From positions 6,144-70,143 of the forward strand of contig JAADYX010000381.1 of assembly GCA_010092885.1 (NCBI GenBank): a DNA stretch of 64,000 bases. Direction: 5' to 3'. Under the pieces are notes generated by a model. The model was given only the letters and a program-made list of their open reading frames with translations, ran no database searches and had not been told where the DNA came from. Position numbers and translations under genes: made by a program. Below are positions 20,506-28,279 of the stretch, piece by piece; position 1 is the first letter of the stretch, and each line of letters opens with the position of its first letter. The stretch is from Chloroflexota bacterium (GTDB taxonomy: Bacteria > Chloroflexota > Anaerolineae > Aggregatilineales > UBA3940).

Positions 20506-21800
20506 ATTCACCCAACCAAACACCACGTTCTATACTGATGCTCTCGCTGCACGGCTATGTTAGCGCTGAACCTGAACTGGGAAAGCCAGACACAGGCGGT
20601 CAGGTTGTCTATGTACTTGAACTCGCCAAACGGTTCAGCCGGTTAGGCTACCAGGTCGATCTGGTAACACGTCAGTTCGAAGATCAGCCTGAGTATGATG
20701 AAGTCAATGAGGGTTTCCGCGTCTGGCGGATTCCCTTCGGCGGCCAAGATTTCATTCGCAAAGAAGATATGCACGATCACCTCAGTGATTTCGTGACCAA
20801 TGCGCTGTCGAGTATCCGCAATCGTGGGCGGCAGTACGGCTTTGTCTATTCGCATTATTGGGATGCCGGTTGGGGTGGTCAGAAAATCGCTGAAGAGTTG
20901 GGCATTCCCCACATTCACACCCCGCACTCACTCGGATGGTGGAAGAAACACAATATGGGCGAGGAGATGTCCGAAGAGGATATGGAGCGCGAATATCGCT
21001 TTGAGGAGCGCATCCGCACCGAGTTCCTCATCTACCGGACCTGTGACCATATCATCGCTACGACGCAGCACCAAACGGAAATCATCCAGGAACACTATGA
21101 TGTGCTCGACAGGCACACTACAGTGGTACCGCCCGGCATGGATGAAAATCGGTTTTCGCCTGTCCGGCAGGAGGAAGTGGATGACCTGCGCAGCCGGTAC
21201 GAGCTGGGCGAATTCGATGTGCTTGCACTCGGGCGAATGGCCGAGAACAAGGGCTACGATCTCCTGATCAAGGCGCTGCCGACGCTGTTTGAGCTCAAGC
21301 CTGAAGCACGGCTGATTGCAGGCATCGGCGGGGAAGACAATGAGCAGGACTCCGGCGGTGTCAGTTCGCTTAAGGAACTGGCTGCTGAGCTTGATGTCAA
21401 CGACAAGATCGTCTGGAAAGGCTATATTCCCGACGATGATCTGGCCAACTACTACCGCGCGGCGAGTGTGTTCTCACTCTCATCCCGCTATGAACCGTTC
21501 GGTATGGTGGCTATCGAGGCAATGGCCTGCGGCACCCCGGCGATCATCACCGTGCATGGTGGCCTGGCTGACCTCATCGACTACGGCACACAAGCGTTGT
21601 TTGCTGATCCCTACCGTCCCATTGAATTCGGTACCATGCTGGCCACCCCAATGCTGTATCCAAAGCTGGCCGACGAACTTGCCATCGAAGGCTCACGTTT
21701 TGCCCGCCGCACCTTCGGTTGGACAGGCATTGCCAAGCGCATCTTGGGGATCTTCGATCGCGTGCGGGCAGCCAAATATGACCAGGAAGCACGAATGTGA
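20502..21800 (+). CDS. GT4 mannosylfructose-phosphate synthase / sucrose-phosphate synthase-like
   Basis: HGYV...DTGGQVVYVLELA, SHYWDAG, HTPHSLG, SRYEPFGMVAIEAMACG; no fused HAD domain. Confidence 0.8.
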   Translation: MNSPNQTPRSILMLSLHGYVSAEPELGKPDTGGQVVYVLELAKRFSRLGYQVDLVTRQFEDQPEYDEVNEGFRVWRIPFGGQDFIRKEDMHDHLSDFVTNALSSIRNRGRQYGFVYSHYWDAGWGGQKIAEELGIPHIHTPHSLGWWKKHNMGEEMSEEDMEREYRFEERIRTEFLIYRTCDHIIATTQHQTEIIQEHYDVLDRHTTVVPPGMDENRFSPVRQEEVDDLRSRYELGEFDVLALGRMAENKGYDLLIKALPTLFELKPEARLIAGIGGEDNEQDSGGVSSLKELAAELDVNDKIVWKGYIPDDDLANYYRAASVFSLSSRYEPFGMVAIEAMACGTPAIITVHGGLADLIDYGTQALFADPYRPIEFGTMLATPMLYPKLADELAIEGSRFARRTFGWTGIAKRILGIFDRVRAAKYDQEARM

Positions 21801-22675
21801 GGAACTCCGTGATCGAAATCGGTTCGATCGCCATCGATCTGATCAATGAGTCGCAAATCATGGCGGATGCAGGGGGGCCGTTTGGGCTCGTTCCATCGCT
21901 GCTGTGGTCGCGCCACTATGACCAAGATGACCAGTACCGGGTACCAATGCATCACATCAATCTGTTGGTGCGTACCGGGGGCCGGACCATCATTGTGGAT
22001 ACTGGCAACGGCACGCGAATTCCAGAGAACCGGGCTGCTGCAATGATGCTCCAGCATCCGGAGGGAGGGTTGGTGCAGGCATTGGCCAACCGCGGTGTCA
22101 AGCCTGAGGATGTGGATCTGGTGATCAATACGCATCTGCACTCTGACCACTGCTCCACCAACACCCAACCGGACGGCAGCGGTGGATTCATGCCGACCTT
22201 CCCCAATGCGGAGTATGTCGTTCAGTACAGGGAATACGCGGATGCCATGTTCCCTAACGAACGCACACGCGGCACGTACTTCAAAGAGAACTACCATCCC
22301 CTCGTGGAAAGCGGCCACATGCGCCTGCTGAAGGGTGATGAGGTCATTGTGCCGGGGATCCGCGGTGTGGTCACGCCGGGGCATACACCCGGCCACCAAT
22401 CGATCCTGTTCGAGTCGGAAGGGCAGGTTGGTTTGTTTGTTGCGGATATGGCAAGCTTTGCCATTCACTTTGCCAAGCTTGCCTGGATGACCGCTTACGA
22501 CGTCGAGCCGTTGGTCACGCTTGAGACCAAGCGAAAATGGCAGCGTTGGGCATTGGAGCACGACGCACTGCTGATCTTCCAGCATGACCCGAAGACCTAT
22601 GCCGGGCGGCTTGCCGAGGATGAGCGTGGCAAGCTGCGCGTTGAACCCGTTCTCACGCCGGAGAGCGCAGGCTGA
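21797..22675 (+). CDS. MBL-fold metallohydrolase (YtnP-like)
   Basis: THLHSDH, TPGHTPGHQ. Confidence 0.85.
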   Translation: MRNSVIEIGSIAIDLINESQIMADAGGPFGLVPSLLWSRHYDQDDQYRVPMHHINLLVRTGGRTIIVDTGNGTRIPENRAAAMMLQHPEGGLVQALANRGVKPEDVDLVINTHLHSDHCSTNTQPDGSGGFMPTFPNAEYVVQYREYADAMFPNERTRGTYFKENYHPLVESGHMRLLKGDEVIVPGIRGVVTPGHTPGHQSILFESEGQVGLFVADMASFAIHFAKLAWMTAYDVEPLVTLETKRKWQRWALEHDALLIFQHDPKTYAGRLAEDERGKLRVEPVLTPESAG

Positions 22676-23442
22676 TGCATATTCTGGTCACCAACGATGA
22701 TGGCATCCGGGCACCGGGTATCAAGGCGTTGTATGGTGCTATGCGCACCCTGCCGGATGCTCGTGTCACTGTGATGGCCCCCGATCGCAACCAGAGCGCC
22801 ATCGGGCATCGCAAAACCCTACGTGAACCGCTGCGCGTGGACGAAGTGACTCTCTCCGATGGGACCCAGGCCTTTGCCTGCTCTGGTTCGCCCTCTGATT
22901 CAATTGCGCTCGCGTTGATGGGATTTGTTGAGGATCCGGTCGACATTGTGGTGAGCGGGATCAACCAAGGGCCAAATATGGCTCAGGATATCACCTACAG
23001 TGGTACGGTTACAGCAGCAATGGAAGCCGCACTCTACCAGATACCGGCCATCGCATTCTCCCTTGACTCGCAAACCGAGCCCGCCTTTGAGGCCGCCGCA
23101 GCCTTTGCCCGGCACATTGTACCGTTGACTGCTGAACGAGGTCTGCCGGATCTGACCCTGCTCAACGTCAATATCCCGCATACGACTGCCATTAAAGGGG
23201 TGAGAGTCACCTGGCAAGGCAGGCGGCAGTATCACGACGAACTGGTCAGGCGTGTCGACCCGGGTGGACGCCCCTACTACTGGATCGGCGGAAAGGCACC
23301 CACCGGTGACCGGGAAGAGGTCGGTTCCGATATTTGGGCGGTCGCGCAGGACTATATCTCTGTGACACCGATCCGGCTTGACATGACTCACCGGCAGATG
23401 ATCGACGACTTGGAAAATTGGTTGGACGACTTTAGCTTGTGA
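22675..23442 (+). CDS. surE: 5'/3'-nucleotidase SurE
   Basis: ILVTNDDGI, SGINQGPN, YSGTV. Confidence 0.95.
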   Translation: MHILVTNDDGIRAPGIKALYGAMRTLPDARVTVMAPDRNQSAIGHRKTLREPLRVDEVTLSDGTQAFACSGSPSDSIALALMGFVEDPVDIVVSGINQGPNMAQDITYSGTVTAAMEAALYQIPAIAFSLDSQTEPAFEAAAAFARHIVPLTAERGLPDLTLLNVNIPHTTAIKGVRVTWQGRRQYHDELVRRVDPGGRPYYWIGGKAPTGDREEVGSDIWAVAQDYISVTPIRLDMTHRQMIDDLENWLDDFSL

Positions 23443-24499
23443 GCACCGCGTAGACCACATAAGCGACATAGGCGAGGATCAACACGGAGCCTTCCGCCCG
23501 TTTGAAGACGCGCCCTGTGAACAGAAAGGCATACAGCAGCAGCACAGTGCCGCTCAGCAAAAACACAGATACCAGCAGGTCATCGGTGCCCACGCTGACG
23601 GTCGGTTCAATGAAAGAGATAGTAACCAGCCAGGGCAGCCCCAAGCCGATCAGGATATCAAAGATGTTGGAGCCTACCGCATTAGCAACAGCCATTCCGC
23701 CGCGTCCGTCGCGCGCCACACTCATCGATGCGATCATATCAGGGGCGGAGGTGCCAGCGGCCAGAATGGTCAGTGATACGATCACCGGAGGTATGTTGAT
23801 CGCCTCAGCCAGGATAACGGCGGCCTCCACCAGGATGTAACTGATGCCCGCAATCAGGGCGATGGAAATAACAAGTGCCCAAACGAAGTTCTTTTCAGGG
23901 TCGCGGGCGACGATACCAATAACACGGCTTATGATCTGGTTGATAGATTTGAGAATGGAGTTTGAGCCCTCCTCTTCAACCTGAGGGGGATGGGGTATCT
24001 CGGTCTCGTCATAGGGGTTGTTGTTACCCCAACGCCACAAGATGAACAGGTAGACTACATACGTTGCCAGCAGGAGCAGTGCTTCCCACAACAGAATAGT
24101 CCCATCCCAGAAGACAACTAGCAGCAGCCCCACGCTGACCAGGTAGAAAAAGATATCCCTCCGGACAGAATTGGCCTGTACGGTCAGCTGCCCCGCCACC
24201 AGGGCTGAAGCGCCCGTGATCACCAGGATATTGAAAATAGCAGAGCCCACAATGGTCCCAATGCCAACATCACTGTGCCTGCCTCCCAGAATGACTGCCA
24301 CCATCGCGATGCAGAGCTCAGGGGCTGACGAACCGATCGCCATGAGCGAGGCTCCGGCCACATCAGATGGCATCCTTAAACGGCTGGCGACCACGTCCAG
24401 GCTGACGATGAAAAACTTATCTGTCACCACCGCCAGGATGTATGTCGCCGCGACAATGACGAGAAGGCTAACTACAGCAACCATGTTGGCACTCTCCAA
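23432..24499 (-). CDS. Ca2+/Na+ antiporter (CaCA family); start may be 24484
   Basis: Alpha repeats GSSAPE...GSAIFN and GTSAPD...GSNIFD. Confidence 0.9.
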   Translation of the reverse strand: MESANMVAVVSLLVIVAATYILAVVTDKFFIVSLDVVASRLRMPSDVAGASLMAIGSSAPELCIAMVAVILGGRHSDVGIGTIVGSAIFNILVITGASALVAGQLTVQANSVRRDIFFYLVSVGLLLVVFWDGTILLWEALLLLATYVVYLFILWRWGNNNPYDETEIPHPPQVEEEGSNSILKSINQIISRVIGIVARDPEKNFVWALVISIALIAGISYILVEAAVILAEAINIPPVIVSLTILAAGTSAPDMIASMSVARDGRGGMAVANAVGSNIFDILIGLGLPWLVTISFIEPTVSVGTDDLLVSVFLLSGTVLLLYAFLFTGRVFKRAEGSVLILAYVAYVVYAVLTS

Positions 24500-24554
24500 G
24501 TTGAGCTTGTTGAAACCGGTAGGAAGCGTATCAGAAAGTTGGTATTCCAGCGAC

Positions 24555-24582
24555 TTGACAACCGGCTTAGATCGCCTATACT
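24555..24582 (+). promoter_or_regulatory. Sigma70-type promoter for the HTH-minCDE unit
   Basis: TTGACA-N16-TATACT. Confidence 0.65.
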
Positions 24583-24588
24583 ACAAGT

Positions 24589-24849
24589 ATGAAACAGTTG
24601 CATTATGCAACAAATTCACCTCAGCGAATGGATAAGCCTGTGAGCCAGAACGGACTCGAAAGCTTTGTCACAGTTGCAGATGCAGCTAAACGCCTGAACA
24701 TTCATCCCGAATCGGTGCGCCGTCTGATCCGCAGTGGCAAGCTGCCAGCGCGCAAATTCGCCAACACATGGTTGATCGAACGAACAACGTTGGATCAATT
24801 CGCCAGCAACTACGATCCACGACCCGGTAAGAAAGCACGTCTCTTGTGA
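24589..24849 (+). CDS. Small excisionase/BldC-like (HTH_17) DNA-binding protein; start uncertain
   Basis: VTVADAAKRLNIHPESVRRLIRSGKLPARKFANTWLI. Confidence 0.85.
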   Translation: MKQLHYATNSPQRMDKPVSQNGLESFVTVADAAKRLNIHPESVRRLIRSGKLPARKFANTWLIERTTLDQFASNYDPRPGKKARLL

Positions 24850-24903
24850 CAGATACACACTTGTAATACAATTCGGACAATCCACATTGCAGGGAGAACA
24901 AGC

Positions 24904-25587
24904 GTGACACAGGTCTTGATTAAGGGACTGCGAGAAGGCCTGCTGGTAACGGTCAACGGATCGGATACCTGGCAGGAAATTGAGGCCGCGCTTGTGGCGC
25001 ACATCGAAAAACAGGGCGATTTTTTCCGTGGCGCACAGATCGCCCTCCAGGTAGGAGACCACATCTTGGATAGAGAAGACATCCGTAAACTCCAGGAAAA
25101 GCTGGCCAAACATGATGTGCGGCTCTCAGCCCTGCTGGGGACATCACCCGACACCATCCGCGCCGCCCGGCGCATGGAACTCGATACCGATATGCCTGAG
25201 ACCGGTGAGCAGCCTCTCACCGAAGACGGCGAACTGCCCCCCATTGACAACAACGAATATGGCAGCAGCGGCGTTCTGGTGAAGGGCACGCTGCGCTCCG
25301 GTAAGGTGATCAGGCATATGGGCCATGTGGTGGTCATCGGGGATGTGAACCCCGGATCGCAGATCATCGCGGGCGGTGATGTACTGGTCTGGGGTAAACT
25401 CCGAGGGACTGTACATGCAGGCGCACAGGGTGATACAGAGGCAATGGTCTGTGCACTGGACATGCGCCCGACTCAGCTGCGCATCGCGAACTTTGTGGCA
25501 ATCGGCCAGAATGACCGCAATGCCAGACCAAGCCCTGAGATCGCCTTCGTACGTGACGACCAGATCGTTGCTGAAGAGTGGGGCTAA
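24904..25587 (+). CDS. minC: Septum site-determining protein MinC
   Basis: IKGLREG; TLRSG...GDVNPG...WGKLRGTVHAG...QLRIA. Confidence 0.95.
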   Translation: MTQVLIKGLREGLLVTVNGSDTWQEIEAALVAHIEKQGDFFRGAQIALQVGDHILDREDIRKLQEKLAKHDVRLSALLGTSPDTIRAARRMELDTDMPETGEQPLTEDGELPPIDNNEYGSSGVLVKGTLRSGKVIRHMGHVVVIGDVNPGSQIIAGGDVLVWGKLRGTVHAGAQGDTEAMVCALDMRPTQLRIANFVAIGQNDRNARPSPEIAFVRDDQIVAEEWG

Positions 25588-25602
25588 CCAAGGGAGACAG
25601 AC

Positions 25603-26454
25603 ATGACCGCTAAAGTTATCACCGTCACATCGGGTAAAGGTGGCGTTGGCAAAACGACGACAACAGCCAACCTGGGCGTCGCATTGGCGTCACTCGGCAA
25701 GAAAGTTGCATGTGTGGATGCTGACATCGGCCTGCGCAATCTGGACGTTGTCATGGGGCTTGAGAACCGCATTGTCTACGATCTGGTTGACGTGGTGGAA
25801 GGCCGGGCCAAGCTGCGCCAGGCGATGATCAAAGACAAGCGGCTGAAAGAGGATCTCTACCTCATACCGGCTGCCCAGACCCGCGACAAGACAGCGGTGA
25901 GCCCCAGTGATATGGTGCGGCTGGTTGACGAACTCAAACCGCTCGTTGACTATGTCATCGTCGATTCCCCAGCAGGAATTGAGCGCGGTTTTCGCAATGC
26001 GCTGGCCCCGGCTGATATCGTCATTGTAGTCACCAATCCGGAGGTTTCCTCTGTGCGTGATGCCGACCGCATCGTCGGTTTGATCGAGACTGAGAACAAG
26101 GGACCGGGCCAGCTGATTGTAAACCGCGTGAAGCGGGATATGGTCAAGCGAGGCGATATGCTTACACCGGAAGATATCATCGATTTCCTCGCTATCAAGC
26201 TGATCGGTTTGGTTCCGGAGGACGAACGCATCCTGATCTCCAGCAACCAGGGTACACCTGCCGCTATGAACCCGGGAGAGTCAAAGGCCGGTCAGGCGTT
26301 TATTAATATCGCCAAGCGGTTGACGGGTGAAGAAGTGCCTTTCATGGAGATGGAAGAAGAAGAGGGCTTCATGCAGAAGGTGCTCAAATCGCTGGGATTT
26401 GGTGGCGGCAATGGCAAGTCCAAGAGCGAGAAGCCCGCACGCGCGGCCAAATAG
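25603..26454 (+). CDS. minD: Septum site-determining ATPase MinD
   Basis: SGKGGVGKTT, DIGLRNLD, DSPAGIE, SVRDADR. Confidence 0.97.
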   Translation: MTAKVITVTSGKGGVGKTTTTANLGVALASLGKKVACVDADIGLRNLDVVMGLENRIVYDLVDVVEGRAKLRQAMIKDKRLKEDLYLIPAAQTRDKTAVSPSDMVRLVDELKPLVDYVIVDSPAGIERGFRNALAPADIVIVVTNPEVSSVRDADRIVGLIETENKGPGQLIVNRVKRDMVKRGDMLTPEDIIDFLAIKLIGLVPEDERILISSNQGTPAAMNPGESKAGQAFINIAKRLTGEEVPFMEMEEEEGFMQKVLKSLGFGGGNGKSKSEKPARAAK

Positions 26455-26467
26455 GGGGACAAAACGT

Positions 26468-26755
26468 ATGGCAAACTGGCTGGAACGCCTGTTCGGCGGA
26501 CGCAAACAAGCAAGTGGCTCTGTGGCCAAAGAGCGGCTGCAGCTGCTGCTGGTCCATGATCGCAGCGACCTCACACCACAGCAGGTCGCAGCGATGAAAG
26601 ATGAAATCCTGGAAGTGATCGCCCGCTATGTGGAGTTCGATGCGGAAAATGTATCCATTGACTTGACCAGCCATGATCGCGAGAGTGTGCTCATGGCCGA
26701 GATCCCGATTGTGCCGGCGGCACGCCAGAATCAGACAGCACCCTCTGACGCGTAG
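26468..26755 (+). CDS. minE: Cell division topological specificity factor MinE
   Basis: SGSVAKERLQLLLVHDR; start at MANWL with a GGGGG RBS. Confidence 0.93.
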   Translation: MANWLERLFGGRKQASGSVAKERLQLLLVHDRSDLTPQQVAAMKDEILEVIARYVEFDAENVSIDLTSHDRESVLMAEIPIVPAARQNQTAPSDA

Positions 26756-26758
26756 GGG

Positions 26759-27532
26759 TCAAGTCAGGATCACATCACCCGCCCGTGATTGGACCGCGAT
26801 GCTGATCTGAGCGGGTGCCGATTCGAATTCTGGCGTAACGTATTCGCTGATGCCATAGGGCTGAAGCCGGTCATTCTCTACCTTCACGGTTACAAGGCCT
26901 GTCCGGGGTACCTTTATGTGAACCCCTACCTCTGGCGGGATGCGTATCTCAACCTCACCAATACCGGTGTATAACGCCATATCAACCACGCCGCGCCGCG
27001 GGCAGGCAACCGTCATGCGACCGGCACCTGTGCTGGCAACGATCCGGTCAAGGCGTAGATCGGTCAGGTTCAGGACCATATCGCCGGTTGAACTGTGCAC
27101 GTCAACCGTCCACAGTACGTTGCCCGCCAGCCCGGTCTGCCATTGAGCGATGCTCGGCGGAATCACCCGCTGCTTGAGCCTGAGCGAGGCGACCCCATCC
27201 TTCGACTCGAAAAACGGCCTGCCGGATGAACGCAGCATCGCGATACGGTCGTTGGGGCAGTCACCGACGGCCATGCTGCTCCAGCCAGACCGCGCTTGGA
27301 AGTGCCCGCGCACGACCTGACCGCGTGCCGTAAACAGCCGAGGGGAGCGGCCCAACACGAGATCGCCATGGATGAGGACGCTCAGCGCAATGGCGACAAT
27401 GCCCCCACCGATCACCGGGCCGGGCAGCAACCCCGTACCTGTTGCCGCAAAAATCAGCCCGGCGATGATAGCAAGCAAACCCGGCCAAAACAGAACGAGT
27501 GCAACACGGCGGCTAAAGGTGCTCATAAGCAT
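26759..27532 (-). CDS. Membrane protein with a C-terminal beta-repeat (LiaF/DUF4097-like) domain
   Basis: Two N-terminal TM helices followed by repeated beta-strand-G motifs (STGDMVLNL, TGAGRMTV, TGIGEVEI). Confidence 0.6.
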   Translation of the reverse strand: MLMSTFSRRVALVLFWPGLLAIIAGLIFAATGTGLLPGPVIGGGIVAIALSVLIHGDLVLGRSPRLFTARGQVVRGHFQARSGWSSMAVGDCPNDRIAMLRSSGRPFFESKDGVASLRLKQRVIPPSIAQWQTGLAGNVLWTVDVHSSTGDMVLNLTDLRLDRIVASTGAGRMTVACPRRGVVDMALYTGIGEVEIRIPPEVGVHIKVPRTGLVTVKVENDRLQPYGISEYVTPEFESAPAQISIAVQSRAGDVILT

Positions 27533-27548
27533 GATCTCCGGTAGGGAA

Positions 27549-27574
27549 CGGGGGCGGTGTTCGCCGCCCCCGTA
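27549..27574. other. GC-rich intergenic hairpin
   Basis: ACGGGGGCGG-TGTTCG-CCGCCCCCGT after the DUF4340 gene; no clear U-tract. Confidence 0.5.
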
Positions 27575-27583
27575 GTGATGGAC

Positions 27584-28264
27584 TTACCCGCCGGGGTCCA
27601 CAGTGGCGTCCGGGTCCGGGGCGGGTTGTACGTAGGGCGGCTGTGCGGTCCAATCGATGATAGTGCTGATTGTGAGCGCGTCCACGATATAGATCGCAGG
27701 ATCGTCTGGCACCTGTACGTAGTAACCTGCCCCGGTCGGAGTCCGGCTGCCGACTTGCAGCGTGTAGGTCGGGCCGAAATCCGTGACGAATTCAATCGTG
27801 TGGAGTGGGTCATCGAGCCCATAGTCGCCCACGGCTCCCTCGATATCAGTTAGCCGGCGGGTCGGGGTGAGGCTGGGTAGACCGGCCACGGCTCCCTGTA
27901 TGGCATCCGTATCCGCACCAAGGCCGGTATCAGTATCCTCCGGCGCTTCGGCGACGCGCCAACGCAGCGTAAGCGGATTGGCGGGTGTATCTTCCTCTGT
28001 GTCCATTCCCTCCTCGATAGCACTCACTTGTTCAACGGTGACGCTTTCGCCCTGGCGGTTGTCGGTTACAGTCAGGGCTGTGACCACAGCCAACGTCTGT
28101 GAGGCTTCAGGATAGAGCGGGTCCAACACCTCGATAGTTGGTGTGGGCTCGGCATCCGTGGTGTCCTCACGGTTGCCGAGCGCCTGTGCGCCAAGGAACA
28201 AGGCCAGCGCGATGACAAGAACAATCCCGATGGCTATTAGCCGCTGTTGGGTTTGGCGCTGCAT
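27584..28264 (-). CDS. DUF4340-like membrane-anchored protein
   Basis: N-terminal TM; YGLDDP...LQVGSRTPTGAGYYV; follows the GldG-like gene. Confidence 0.75.
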   Translation of the reverse strand: MQRQTQQRLIAIGIVLVIALALFLGAQALGNREDTTDAEPTPTIEVLDPLYPEASQTLAVVTALTVTDNRQGESVTVEQVSAIEEGMDTEEDTPANPLTLRWRVAEAPEDTDTGLGADTDAIQGAVAGLPSLTPTRRLTDIEGAVGDYGLDDPLHTIEFVTDFGPTYTLQVGSRTPTGAGYYVQVPDDPAIYIVDALTISTIIDWTAQPPYVQPAPDPDATVDPGG

Positions 28265-28279
28265 GGCTGCCTCCTCCCC

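Noticed and set aside
24589-24849. Prophage remnant (excisionase)
   Set aside because: No phage or integrase genes are nearby; the flanks are housekeeping genes
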